Source of the DNA: Candidatus Saccharimonadia bacterium
GTDB taxonomy: Bacteria; Patescibacteriota; Saccharimonadia; Saccharimonadales; JALRHH01
DNA length: 64,000 bases
Assembly: GCA_023253175.1 (NCBI GenBank)
Contig: JALRHH010000001.1
Coordinates: 364,020-428,019 of the forward strand
Direction of reading: 5' to 3'
This document shows, in pieces, positions 1 through 9,325 of the stretch (position 1 is the stretch's first letter; every line of letters starts with the position of its first letter). Under the pieces are notes generated by a model. That model worked only from the letters and a program-made list of their open reading frames with translations. It ran no database searches and was not told where the DNA came from. The translations under genes were made by a program, and so were the position numbers.

Positions 1-306
1 CGCTACGCTCTGCGCACCAGGGTATCGCTCGAGCACCGCAGATGTATTAATAAATTGGTTGAACTGATCTTTATTGACCGCCTGGTTCCCAGCGAACAGG
101 CCAAGCCCAGCATGAAGGGTTTCCTCAAAAATATTGAGCCGGTCCCTAATGACGTTGCGGGTTGATTCACCATACTCCGCCGCGGCCGCATCCAATTCCT
201 TCTGGTTACTGTTAAGTGACATAAAGAATGAAATTCCGACAACCGCCATGACCGCCAAAAATACGACAAGAACTGGGAGCAGAATAGTCTTTTCAATACG
301 CTGCAT
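1..306 (-). CDS. Membrane sensor protein, N-terminal fragment (TM helix plus CHASE-like extracytoplasmic domain); the rest lies outside the window
   Basis: My own translation from the ATG at 306-304 gives MQRIEKTILLPVLVVFLAVMAVVGISFFMSLNSNQKELDAAAAEYGESTRNVIRDRLNIFEETLHAGLGLFAGNQAVNKDQFNQFINTSAVLERYPGAQSVA. The frame stays open to the window edge, so it has no in-window stop and is missing from the ORF track. It replaces the implausible 3..356 ORF. Confidence 0.6.
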   Translation of the reverse strand, partial: MQRIEKTILLPVLVVFLAVMAVVGISFFMSLNSNQKELDAAAAEYGESTRNVIRDRLNIFEETLHAGLGLFAGNQAVNKDQFNQFINTSAVLERYPGAQSVA

Positions 307-431
307 ATATAGCAGTGTAGCGCATGTATATACATGAATGCCAGAGGTGACACCATACTTCAGCGATATTTAAGGATACAAAGGTAGGCTACATATGCTG
401 CCTGTAAGCAGCAAGCAAGGAGAGATAGTAC

Positions 432-953
432 ATGAAAAAACAACTTTTAGCGGCCGGCGTTGCGACCGTAATTGGTGTGACTGGACTCGGTGCTGGAGTC
501 GCTCATGCAGCGACCTCATCAGAAGAAAATGACGGGCCGATGTCGAGCCTCGTGAGCGCAATTGCGACCAAATTTAACCTCGACAAGACACAGGTTCAGG
601 AGGTATTTGATGCACAGCGCGAAGCAATGGAAAAGGAACGCGAAGAGAAGGTACAAACCGAACTAAAGCAGCTCGTAACTGATGGTAAGCTAACCCAAGC
701 GCAAGCAGATGCGATAACTGCCAAGCGCACTGAACTCGAGACGCAGCGCGAAGCAAACAAGGATTCCATGAAAGACCTAAGTAGTGATGAGCGAAAGGCT
801 AAAATGGACGAACAGAAAACCGCACTTGAAGCATGGGCCAAGGAACAAGGTATTAGCACCGAATATCTTCGCTATGTCATGGGTCATGGACCTGGAGGTC
901 ACGGAGGACCGGGAAGAGGACGAGATCAAGCTACCTCAGATACTAATTCCTAA
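432..953 (+). CDS. Secreted coiled-coil protein of unknown function
   Basis: Signal peptide MKKQLLAAGVATVIGVTGLGAGVAHA, a Glu/Lys/Gln-rich middle and a GHGPGGHGGPGRGR tail. AAGGAG lies upstream of the ATG and a terminator follows. Confidence 0.7.
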   Translation: MKKQLLAAGVATVIGVTGLGAGVAHAATSSEENDGPMSSLVSAIATKFNLDKTQVQEVFDAQREAMEKEREEKVQTELKQLVTDGKLTQAQADAITAKRTELETQREANKDSMKDLSSDERKAKMDEQKTALEAWAKEQGISTEYLRYVMGHGPGGHGGPGRGRDQATSDTNS

Positions 954-974
954 TATAACGACTGTAAATCCAAA

Positions 975-1003
975 AACACCGCCTTGTATCGGCGGTGTTT
1001 TTA
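975..1003 (+). terminator. Rho-independent terminator
   Basis: AACACCGCC (975-983) pairs with GGCGGTGTT (991-999) and is followed by a T run. Confidence 0.75.
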
Positions 1004-1054
1004 TATCCGGATCTTTCTCAGGTTATTTTCAAGTAAACCAGTAAAATAGAGAGT

Positions 1055-1735
1055 ATGAGAATATTGATTGTAGAAGACGAACATAAAATTGCCAGCGCCA
1101 TCAAGCGTGGCCTTGAACAACAGTCATATGCAGTTGACGTATCATATGACGCTGATGATGGGCTCGCTATGGCGACGACAGAACCGTATGATCTCATTAT
1201 TCTGGATCGGATGTTGCCTGGAAGCCTCGACGGCATTGGTATCCTCCGTACGCTGCGAGACCAGAATAACCATACGCCTGTTTTGCTATTGACCGCTAAA
1301 GATCGGGTACTGGACAGGGCAGAAGGCCTTAATGCCGGCGCCGACGATTATCTCGTGAAGCCTTTTGCCTTTGTAGAACTCATTGCACGAGTTCGCGCTT
1401 TACTGCGGCGTTCACCTCAGGCTACAAATAGCGTCATAGAGTATGACGATCTTAGCCTTAACACGTTGACTAAAACCGTCGAAAGATCAGGCAACAATAT
1501 TCAACTTACATCTAAGGAATTCGCACTACTTGAATACTTTATGCGTAATCCAGAACGCATTGTGAGTAAAGATGCATTGATTCAGCACGTCTGGAATTAT
1601 GACGCCGACATCCTTCCAAATACTGTCGAAGTATACATGGGCTATCTCAGGGGCAAGATCGACAAACCGTTCAAGCAAAGTAAACCACTACTACACACTC
1701 GGCGCGGATTCGGCTATTATTTTGGTACCGTATGA
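1055..1735 (+). CDS. OmpR-family response regulator (REC plus winged-helix)
   Basis: MRILIVEDE...DLIILDRMLPG...LLLTAKD...GADDYLVKPF, with a C-terminal trans_reg_C-like part (LTSKEFALLEYFMRNP...RRGFGY). Confidence 0.95.
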   Translation: MRILIVEDEHKIASAIKRGLEQQSYAVDVSYDADDGLAMATTEPYDLIILDRMLPGSLDGIGILRTLRDQNNHTPVLLLTAKDRVLDRAEGLNAGADDYLVKPFAFVELIARVRALLRRSPQATNSVIEYDDLSLNTLTKTVERSGNNIQLTSKEFALLEYFMRNPERIVSKDALIQHVWNYDADILPNTVEVYMGYLRGKIDKPFKQSKPLLHTRRGFGYYFGTV

Positions 1736-2745
1736 TTTTTCATAAAACTTCACTAAAGCTGGCCGGACTCTACCTGGCTGTCATGATGACAATCAGTATC
1801 TTTTTCAGCGTCACCATCTATCAGGTTTCTGTCCAGGAATTAGAAAGAGGACTCCGCAGACCGCTACCAGTTTTTAGTGCAAATGGTCCTGGATTTTCAT
1901 CACAAGTTCGCGACGTATTTATAGAACAACGTACTCAGTCCTACGAGGAGGCCAAAGATAAACTCATTGCTAAATTATTACTCATAAATGGAGTTATCCT
2001 TATACTCGGTGGTGGCCTGAGCTACTATCTGGCACTCAGAACGCTCAAGCCAATCGAGGACGCACACGAAGCCCAGAGTGCCTTTGCGGCAAATGCTAGT
2101 CACGAACTACGAACGCCCATCACTGCGATGCGGAGCGAAAATGAAGTGGCCCTGATGGACCCAGACCTTACGCTTGAGGAGGCAAAGCAGCAGCTCCAAA
2201 GTAATATCGAGGAGCTTGAGAAGCTTACTGCGCTTTCAGAAGGACTACTCAGCTTAGCTCAAGCAGAAGGGGCACAGTTGAACAAAGAACGTGTACTCGT
2301 GAGTGACGTTACGGCATTAGTAGCAGAGCGAATGAGGCTTGCCGCAGAAGCAAAAAATGTGACACTAAATATCAAAGTACCGAAAGGTATAGCCATTTTC
2401 GTCAACAAGACCGCAGCAGTAGAAATACTGGCAGTGCTTGTAGACAATGCAATCAAATACTCGTCAAAGGAAGGCAAAATTACTATCAGTGCAGTAGCGA
2501 ATGAAACCATAGACATACGCGTTACAGATACTGGCCCTGGTATTCCAAAAGATGTGCAGGCACACATATTCGACAGGTTTTACAGGGCAGACAGCTCACG
2601 AACCAAGCAGCAAATTGGCGGCTACGGTCTCGGTCTTGCTATTGCCAAGGGTCTCGCTGATGCGAACGATTGTAAACTATCCGTTACCTCAACTGAAGGC
2701 AAGGGTAGTACGTTCGTGTTATCAGCGCCAAAGTTCGTAGCCTAA
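1732..2745 (+). CDS. Sensor histidine kinase (2 TM, HisKA, HATPase_c)
   Basis: H-box SHELRTPIT, N-box DNAIKYS, and G-boxes DTGPGI and GGYGLGLAI. ATGA start/stop overlap with the response regulator gene. Confidence 0.95.
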   Translation: MIFHKTSLKLAGLYLAVMMTISIFFSVTIYQVSVQELERGLRRPLPVFSANGPGFSSQVRDVFIEQRTQSYEEAKDKLIAKLLLINGVILILGGGLSYYLALRTLKPIEDAHEAQSAFAANASHELRTPITAMRSENEVALMDPDLTLEEAKQQLQSNIEELEKLTALSEGLLSLAQAEGAQLNKERVLVSDVTALVAERMRLAAEAKNVTLNIKVPKGIAIFVNKTAAVEILAVLVDNAIKYSSKEGKITISAVANETIDIRVTDTGPGIPKDVQAHIFDRFYRADSSRTKQQIGGYGLGLAIAKGLADANDCKLSVTSTEGKGSTFVLSAPKFVA

Positions 2746-2773
2746 ACCATAAGCGCCGTGCTACTATACAGCT

Positions 2774-3397
2774 ATGTTATCCTCACATTTTCTACGTGTT
2801 GTTTGGCGATTTTTGAAGCCTGAAATTGAAGAAGTAATAGTGTACGTCATATCAATTATTGGCTTCGCTGGCATCGCCTTTTATCAAGCCATTAACAGAG
2901 GCTACATTGGCCAATCTCAGACTATCAGTGACAGTCTGGCGATCATACACGATAACTTTACGTTTATCACAAGTGGGGGAGATGGGGCGGCCAAGCTATT
3001 TACCTTTGGAACCTGGTTTATTATTGGCACCGTAGTTTATATGATTGCCTGGTTTTTTATCTCCTTTGCGAGTGGTGCGTTTAAAGACATCGAGGTGTCG
3101 AATACCTATGTGCACCCACGTTCATTTAACAAATCAAACTTCTGGGGAGCGATTATGGCACGCATTGCCCTGCAAGGCGCGGCAGCTATTTCGTTTATAA
3201 TTTACGCATCAATTTGGCTTACGATTTTTGCACCTGCGTGGCTTGCAAATTATAAGGATCTGTTCCTGAACGGTATTAACAGCGATACGCTGATTGGACT
3301 TTTAGTTTCAATAGTAGGTATTGCAGTGACATTGCACGTCGGAGCAATTATCCTCCGCGTTATGCTGCTCCGTTCAAAATACTTCTACGAACGTTAG
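2774..3397 (+). CDS. Integral membrane protein, unknown function
   Basis: 207-aa ORF with about 5 hydrophobic helices. No family recognised. Confidence 0.65.
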   Translation: MLSSHFLRVVWRFLKPEIEEVIVYVISIIGFAGIAFYQAINRGYIGQSQTISDSLAIIHDNFTFITSGGDGAAKLFTFGTWFIIGTVVYMIAWFFISFASGAFKDIEVSNTYVHPRSFNKSNFWGAIMARIALQGAAAISFIIYASIWLTIFAPAWLANYKDLFLNGINSDTLIGLLVSIVGIAVTLHVGAIILRVMLLRSKYFYER

Positions 3398-3653
3398 ATA
3401 TATCATAGTGCAGACTGATGCCAGCCTTCATACTAGGCTGAATGAGCAAACAATATCAGCGACTTATTCATATATTTGAATCAGGAAATGTCAGCACGAA
3501 GGAGCTGACACTCCGCAATCGTGGCAAAATGAGGCCCGATCTTATTGGAGATAATGATATCGAGTAGGCGCAGCCAAGATACGAGCTAGTTCGTATCTTG
3601 CGAGCACTTCGTGATATACCAATGTATATTGAGTAGGTATACTACCTCTCGAT

Positions 3654-4259
3654 ATGTTGAACATCAAAGATTTTAAGCTTGTTAGTGACCAGATTGACTA
3701 CGACGAGCTGGCAGTCATTATCAGAGAAGCCGATGCGGCTCTAAAAGCCGGCGCCGAAGCGGCTTTCGTAGAACTGGGTTGCTATACCGGTACGACCGCG
3801 TTGTTTATCACCAGGCTACTGATGATGCACGGCAAATCCAATGAGCTACACGTCTACGATTCATTTGATGGACTTCCCGACAAAGTCGCAGCGGACAGCA
3901 GTCCAGCCGGTGAGCAGTTCAAGGCAGGGGAATTAAGAGCCAGCAAACAGCAGCTCATTAAGCATTTTCGCCAAGCAATTCTTCCGCTGCCAATTATTCA
4001 TAAGGGCTGGTTCGAAGAGCTCACGGCAGCTGACATGCCAAACAAAATATCCTTCGCATTTTTGGACGGAGACTTCTACACATCAATTGCATCAAGCCTG
4101 CACGTCATCACGCCGCACCTGGAAGCAGGAGCCGTTATTCTGATTGACGACTACGCAAACGAGGCGCTGCCTGGTGCCCAGAGAGCAGCCGACGAATGGG
4201 CAAAACAACAGGGGAAAAGCATCAAGACAGAAAAAAGTCTTGGTATTGTTCGCTGGTAA
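3654..4259 (+). CDS. Class I SAM-dependent methyltransferase, TylF/MycF-like
   Basis: VELGCYTGTTALFI, VYDSFDGLP and FLDGDFYTSIASSL...GAVILIDDY follow the TylF-type layout. Confidence 0.75.
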   Translation: MLNIKDFKLVSDQIDYDELAVIIREADAALKAGAEAAFVELGCYTGTTALFITRLLMMHGKSNELHVYDSFDGLPDKVAADSSPAGEQFKAGELRASKQQLIKHFRQAILPLPIIHKGWFEELTAADMPNKISFAFLDGDFYTSIASSLHVITPHLEAGAVILIDDYANEALPGAQRAADEWAKQQGKSIKTEKSLGIVRW

Positions 4260-4267
4260 CCAAGCAC

Positions 4268-4729
4268 TTACTCGTGGTGGTAGGGGTGGCCCTTTGTAAT
4301 CATGATCGTGCGGTATAGCTGCTCCATTACAATCAATCGAATGAGTCTGTGTGGGAACACGAGGTTCGATAGTGACCAGACAACATTAGCCGTGTTTCTG
4401 AACTCGTCAGTAACGCCATACGCACCACCAATCACGATTACGGTGCGTCCTTGCCGCGTTGCAAGTCCTTCAAATACATCCGCAAAAGCTTTGTTATCAA
4501 ATTGCTGACCACGCTCGTCAAGCAGGACCACCGAATCAGTATCCTTTATATATTTTGACAGTGCTTCGGAATCTTCGCGCCGACAGATACGCTCATCAGC
4601 CGATCGACTTGCGGGCACAAACTGCCAGGTGATCTGATATTCTCGGCCAAGTCGTTTCTCATATTGATCAATCAATGATTCAATCGTCTGCTCGGATTTT
4701 TTGCCTACAGACAGAATTACAATTTGCAT
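4268..4729 (-). CDS. rlmH: 23S rRNA (pseudouridine1915-N3)-methyltransferase
   Basis: SPOUT/RlmH pattern: VLLDERGQQF, VIVIGGAYG, WSLSNLVFPHRLIRLIVMEQLYR. Confidence 0.9.
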   Translation of the reverse strand: MQIVILSVGKKSEQTIESLIDQYEKRLGREYQITWQFVPASRSADERICRREDSEALSKYIKDTDSVVLLDERGQQFDNKAFADVFEGLATRQGRTVIVIGGAYGVTDEFRNTANVVWSLSNLVFPHRLIRLIVMEQLYRTIMITKGHPYHHE

Positions 4730-4737
4730 ATTAGACC

Positions 4738-5961
4738 CTACACTCTCCGCAGGGCTTCAATAGGATCTTTTTGAGCAGCCTTGAGTGCCGGCGCGACACC
4801 AAATACAACACCGACCAGCAATGCGACCACAAGTGCGATACCCATGATCGGCAGCGTTATGACAGGAACCAGGTTAGTTGAAACCCGCAAAACAAAATTA
4901 GCTACCAAAGAAACAATAATCCCAAATATTCCGCCAACAAAGCTGATTACCGCGGATTCGATCACGAACTGCGCGAGAATCTGTCTGTTAGTTGCGCCGA
5001 CTGCTTTACGGATGCCAATTTCATGCGTACGCTCAGTGACCGATACAATCATGACATTCATAATCCCAATACCACCGACGATCAAGGAGACTGCTGCGAC
5101 AGCCGTAACGAGACTGGTCAAGATATTAAGGATTTCATTAGATATCGAACGATTGTTATCTTGTGTCAGCACAGAAAAATCGTGCTGACCAGCATGCGAG
5201 TTCAGCAGCCGACTTTCAACATTTTTTGCTACCTCATCCCGCTGTGACAACTCATCTGGTCGCAGCAAAATCTGCTGAATAGGCAACTGATTATTGTTGA
5301 GCTTCTTAGCAGCTTCGGTCGGAATAAAGATTGCAGTATTGTAGTCAGCCTCTGGGCTGAGCGAGATGTCGTTGAATTCCTCAAATATACCAACCACCAC
5401 AAAGCTTTGACCGCGCAGCTGCATGCTTGCGCCAACTGGCACCGTTTCTTTAAATAGCTCCTCGGCAACCCTTGGTCCAATAACCGCCACATTCTTGTTT
5501 GCGCCTTTGTCAAAGAATGCGCCGTATTCGATCTTTTGATTGAGCGCCTTTGGCAAATCACCACTCGTACCAAATACCACAGCACGAGGCATCTCAGTTT
5601 TTTCTACCTTTGGCACTCCAGATAGATAACTAACCGGTACCGCATAATCCACATCTGACGTACCGGAAACTACCTTCAAATCATTTTCTGACAACGGGGC
5701 GTTCACAAGACTGCTGAAAATAGAAGCGCTGTTAATGCGACCATTTTCATCAGTTTCGGCAACTTTACCGGGCCTTACGGTGATTAGGTCAGGGCCGCGG
5801 CGATCGATCTCCTCTGAAACCTGTTTCTTAACACCCTCGCCGATACTAATGATGGTCACGACGCTGGCAACACCGATAATAATACCGAGCATCGTGAAGA
5901 AACTGCGCCATTTGGCGTGCTTGATCGAATCCATTGCGATCTTAAAATTACCCGTGACCAT
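4738..5961 (-). CDS. ABC transporter permease, MacB/FtsX family
   Basis: N-terminal TM helix, a large periplasmic MacB_PCD-like domain, and a C-terminal FtsX 3-TM module (ERTHEIGIRKAVGAT). Confidence 0.9.
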   Translation of the reverse strand: MVTGNFKIAMDSIKHAKWRSFFTMLGIIIGVASVVTIISIGEGVKKQVSEEIDRRGPDLITVRPGKVAETDENGRINSASIFSSLVNAPLSENDLKVVSGTSDVDYAVPVSYLSGVPKVEKTEMPRAVVFGTSGDLPKALNQKIEYGAFFDKGANKNVAVIGPRVAEELFKETVPVGASMQLRGQSFVVVGIFEEFNDISLSPEADYNTAIFIPTEAAKKLNNNQLPIQQILLRPDELSQRDEVAKNVESRLLNSHAGQHDFSVLTQDNNRSISNEILNILTSLVTAVAAVSLIVGGIGIMNVMIVSVTERTHEIGIRKAVGATNRQILAQFVIESAVISFVGGIFGIIVSLVANFVLRVSTNLVPVITLPIMGIALVVALLVGVVFGVAPALKAAQKDPIEALRRV

Positions 5962-6845
5962 TACTTCTTCGCCTTTGCTTTCTTGGTTCGCGCTTTATAT
6001 GTACGCTTTTTTGGAGTAGCTTTTTTGACGGAAACTTTTTTGGCAGCGGGCTTTTCATCTGGCATGGTATTCATGAGCGATGAGACGCCCTTGAGATCAT
6101 CATCAACTGTCTTGCGCGGCGCAAAGTACATACTGCGTTTAAGCGTATCTGGGATCTCACCGAGCTTGGTTTGTTCATCAGCAACAATACTACCGTCATG
6201 CATAAAGACCACGCGGCTTGCGTACTTCGTCAAGGAAGGGTTGTGCGTCACCATAAGGACCGTATTGCCAGCTTTATGAATATCACTGAGTAGTTCCATT
6301 ACTAATCGGCTGCTTGCACTATCAAGGCTTCCGGTAGGTTCGTCAGCAATAATAATTTGTGGGTCATTAATCAGCGCTCGAGCAATCGCTACGCGCTGCG
6401 CCTGACCACCACTGAGCTGACTCGGATAGAAATACTCTTTTTCAGAAAGACCTACACGCTCTAACATGGCAGCAGCTTTTTTCAGCCGCTTTGTTTGTAG
6501 CATGCCCTTGTACGCAAGTGGCAAAGCCACATTTTCAATCACCGTCATACGCGGCAAGAGATTAAACGACTGAAATATAAAACCAACTTTGTCACGGCGG
6601 ACCCTTGCCCGGGATTGCTGGCGAAGCCGGGCAACATGACGACCATCAAGCATGTATTTCCCGTGTGTTGGACGATCGAGTAAGCCAATCACATTAAGTA
6701 AGGTTGATTTACCGGAACCGCTTGGACCCATGATAGCCACGAACTCACCGCGCTCAATAGAAAGCTCAACTTCGTCGAGCGCAATCGTCGTTGCATCGCC
6801 AAAGCCATACAACTTGTTGACATCTTCTAATAAAATCACCGGCAT
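5961..6845 (-). CDS. ABC transporter ATP-binding protein (MacB/LolD-like) with a Lys-rich C-terminal tail
   Basis: Walker A GPSGSGKST, signature LSGGQAQRVAIARAL, Walker B IIIADEPTGSLD. It overlaps the permease start by 1 nt. The extra tail is ...KPAAKKVSVKKATPKKRTYKARTKKAKAKK. Confidence 0.95.
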   Translation of the reverse strand: MPVILLEDVNKLYGFGDATTIALDEVELSIERGEFVAIMGPSGSGKSTLLNVIGLLDRPTHGKYMLDGRHVARLRQQSRARVRRDKVGFIFQSFNLLPRMTVIENVALPLAYKGMLQTKRLKKAAAMLERVGLSEKEYFYPSQLSGGQAQRVAIARALINDPQIIIADEPTGSLDSASSRLVMELLSDIHKAGNTVLMVTHNPSLTKYASRVVFMHDGSIVADEQTKLGEIPDTLKRSMYFAPRKTVDDDLKGVSSLMNTMPDEKPAAKKVSVKKATPKKRTYKARTKKAKAKK

Positions 6846-6930
6846 TTACCAGATAGTGTACCTTCTTTGGGGTGTAAGCTTCAAGGTGTAAAATCAACAT
6901 TTTTTCGGTATACTGTGCTGGTGCTAGCAC

Positions 6931-6990
6931 GGAGGGGTCGCCTAGTGGCCTATGGCGCACGCTTGGAAAGCGTGTTGGGTTTACGCCCTC
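6931..6990 (+). pseudogene. tRNA-Ser(GGA)-like 5' part with no T-stem 3' strand or acceptor 3' strand
   Basis: GGAGGGG-TC-GCCT-AGTGGCCTA-TGGC-G-CACGC-TTGGAAA-GCGTG, then variable-arm hairpin GGGT-TTAC-GCCC and CGAGG. The required 3' acceptor strand CCCCTCC is absent downstream. The anticodon stem-loop matches the intact tRNA-Ser at 7111 exactly. Confidence 0.6.
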
Positions 6991-7090
6991 GAGGGTGAAG
7001 ATCACCAGTGGTGATCTGCAAGGGAACCAACTCTTGAAAACTTGTTTTCAAAGATGTTGTTCCGGGGTCGCGGAACGTGACCGAATCCAG
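6986..7090 (+). repeat. Structured repeat, copy A (family also at 15222-15338, 46228-46340, 46353-46460)
   Basis: CCCTCGAGGGTGAAGATCACC-AGT-GGTGATCTGCAAGG, a long hairpin tipped by TGAAAACTTGTTTTCA (7035-7050), the GAA-loop hairpin GGTCGCG-GAA-CGTGACC, then GAATCC. Confidence 0.7.
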
Positions 7091-7110
7091 TAATATAAGG
7101 TTCACAGCGT

Positions 7111-7200
7111 GGAGAGGTGTCCGAGTGGTTGAAGGAGCACGCTTGGAAAGCGTGTGTGCAGGCAACTGTACCAGGAGTTCGAATCTCCTTCTCTCCGCCA
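7111..7200 (+). tRNA. tRNA-Ser (anticodon GGA), CCA encoded
   Basis: GGAGAGG acceptor, D-loop GAGTGGTTGAA, anticodon loop TTGGAAA, long variable arm, T-arm AGGAG-TTCGAAT-CTCCT, then TCTCTCC-G-CCA. Confidence 0.95.
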
Positions 7201-7437
7201 GAATAAAAACAGTCAGGCCATTTGTCTGGCTATTTTTATTCCCCACGAAGAAAAGATTCAAACCAGGCTCGATGGTACGGCCGGTGGTCGATCCGGACCG
7301 GATTGCCATGGCCTTGGGGTGATAGTCAGGAGAACCGCATCTTGACGTCATTTCTAGGTCGAATTGATTAACACGGAGTCCAGAATAGGGTTGACATACT
7401 TGATATTTCGGCGCAATGTGTATTTTAAGAGCTATAT

Positions 7438-7905
7438 ATGGAATATGATCAAGAGCCCCACCAACAACTAGATGCCGGCAGCGCTGAGGGCATAGCCAAA
7501 CCGCCACAAATAGAGAACACAGTCTGTCAGGCGTGGGGAGCGATAGCACTAGGCCCAGATGCCATAGCGGTAGGAGATAAGTCAGTAGAGGATGGTTCTG
7601 CTGCCAGCGAGGCCAAGGAAATGCTCACAAGTATACAACAGGATCAATTAACCCAATTATTAATGGGTGTTGATGATCCTGGCAAACGCCAGGAAATTAC
7701 GATTCGATTTGGTCGGAGAATGGCACGGAAGAATGCCTATATCAGAAGCAGGACAGGGAGACTTATTGCGAATTTGTCGCAGAATGCGGCAGAGGCAGGC
7801 CAGAAGAAGGCATTGAGCCGATTCCAGAAGAAGGGTATAGAAGGGTTTCACCACGTTAAATCAGCCGAGATTTCAGCAGCGAAGATTCGAGGCACCAAGA
7901 AGTAG
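7438..7905 (+). CDS. Hypothetical protein with a basic C-terminal half
   Basis: 155-aa ORF and the only long ORF in this interval. No family recognised. Confidence 0.4.
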   Translation: MEYDQEPHQQLDAGSAEGIAKPPQIENTVCQAWGAIALGPDAIAVGDKSVEDGSAASEAKEMLTSIQQDQLTQLLMGVDDPGKRQEITIRFGRRMARKNAYIRSRTGRLIANLSQNAAEAGQKKALSRFQKKGIEGFHHVKSAEISAAKIRGTKK

Positions 7906-7958
7906 AGCCTAACGCCGAGGCATAGCTTAGTCCCGTACCATTCTGCTATCATGTAAGC

Positions 7959-8726
7959 ATGAATAGTTTACTTGGTATATTAACTGCGGTTTCAACTGTC
8001 GTTCTGGTTTACATGACAACATGGTTCATATTAGCGTTAATTCTAAGACGGCGTGACATCGTGGACAGCGCATGGGGCATTGGCTTTATCGTCGTTGCCA
8101 TAACCGCATTCCTGCAGCGAAATAATGAATCTACCTTTACGGTCATAGCACTCGCACTTGTGACGCTGTGGGGGCTACGCCTATTTCTACACATCACAGC
8201 TCGTAACTGGAAGAAAAAGGAAGATTATCGCTACGCGCAGCTCGGCGAACTGAACTCTGTCCGATTCTGGGCTAAAACTTATACGAATGTATTCCTACTG
8301 CAAGGAGTACTCATGGTCGCGATTAGCTTGCCGGTAATTGGCATTATGTATGCGAGCTCCGATCCAATCGTACTTATAGCTGTAGCCGGCGCAATCATTT
8401 GGTTATTCGGAATTATTTTTGAAGCAATTGGTGATTACCAACTTCGTCAATTCATCAGCGCAGGCAAAAAAGGTGTCATGGACCAGGGACTCTGGAAATA
8501 CACACGCCACCCCAATTATTTTGGAGAAGTTACTGCGTGGTGGGGAGCAGCACTGATCGCGCTATCATTCGGTGTGTGGTGGGGAATTCTTGGAGCAGTT
8601 GTCATCACTATACTCATTACAAAAATATCCGGTATACCGCTACTTGAAAAACGATACGAAAATGACAAAATCTACCAGGCCTATGCAGCGAAAACCCCAA
8701 AACTCATTCCAAGGATTGTAAAATAA
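7959..8726 (+). CDS. DUF1295 / steroid 5-alpha-reductase-like membrane protein
   Basis: Multi-TM protein with the C-terminal motif KYTRHPNYFGEVTAWWG typical of this family. Confidence 0.8.
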   Translation: MNSLLGILTAVSTVVLVYMTTWFILALILRRRDIVDSAWGIGFIVVAITAFLQRNNESTFTVIALALVTLWGLRLFLHITARNWKKKEDYRYAQLGELNSVRFWAKTYTNVFLLQGVLMVAISLPVIGIMYASSDPIVLIAVAGAIIWLFGIIFEAIGDYQLRQFISAGKKGVMDQGLWKYTRHPNYFGEVTAWWGAALIALSFGVWWGILGAVVITILITKISGIPLLEKRYENDKIYQAYAAKTPKLIPRIVK

Positions 8727-8729
8727 GCC

Positions 8730-9323
8730 ATGGCAACCAAACATACTGTCATATACGTCCCGGGACTTGGTGACACTAATATTTCAGGCAGGCAAAAACT
8801 CCTCAGTATTTGGCACTATAAGAACATAGCTATCGAAGCGTGTTCGATGAACTGGCAAGTTAACGAGCCACTTGCCGATAAACTAGAGCGACTCGTATCA
8901 AGAATTGATACGTTACAGTCAAGCGGACAAAAAGTGTCACTTATTGGCGAGAGCGCTGGGGCAAGTGCCGTCATAAATGCGCTCAAGCTACGACCAAAAG
9001 CACTTAACGCCGTCATCTTACTCTGCGGCAAATCCCAGTATCCCGATCGGATCGGAACACATTTGCGCCACAAAAACCCCAGACTTTACGAATCAGTAGC
9101 GTTATCACACGAATACATTCAGGCTATGCCGACAGAACATAAGGCAAAGGTTTTGAATTTGCATCCTGTTGCCGATCCTGTTGTACCGGTCAGGGAGACA
9201 AAAATAAATGGTGTCAGGAATGCAAAAATGCCCTCATTTGGCCATGCAACAAGCATCATATTTGGTATGACAATCTGGAGCTTTAGCATTGTGCATTTTA
9301 TAAAAGGACAGGGGAGTAAATAA
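8730..9323 (+). CDS. Alpha/beta-hydrolase-fold protein (GxSxG)
   Basis: VIYVPGLGD and the nucleophile elbow LIGESAGAS. Confidence 0.65.
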   Translation: MATKHTVIYVPGLGDTNISGRQKLLSIWHYKNIAIEACSMNWQVNEPLADKLERLVSRIDTLQSSGQKVSLIGESAGASAVINALKLRPKALNAVILLCGKSQYPDRIGTHLRHKNPRLYESVALSHEYIQAMPTEHKAKVLNLHPVADPVVPVRETKINGVRNAKMPSFGHATSIIFGMTIWSFSIVHFIKGQGSK

Positions 9324-9325
9324 CT

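Noticed and set aside
3-356. 117-aa minus-strand ORF from the track at the left edge
   Set aside because: The sequence is Cys/Arg/Ser-rich and not protein-like. The neighbouring minus frame (1..306) gives a clean TM plus sensor-domain sequence and is the better call.
3442-3567. 41-aa ORF (MSKQYQRLIHIFESGNVSTKELTLRNRGKMRPDLIGDNDIE) in the 256-bp gap before the methyltransferase gene, followed by a 10-bp hairpin
   Set aside because: It has no convincing RBS and nothing to compare it with, so I left it uncalled.
6950-7549. 199-aa minus-strand ORF, plus small plus-strand ORFs at 7077..7345
   Set aside because: They run antisense or through the tRNA-Ser gene, the tRNA-like fragment and repeat copy A, and their sequences are not protein-like.
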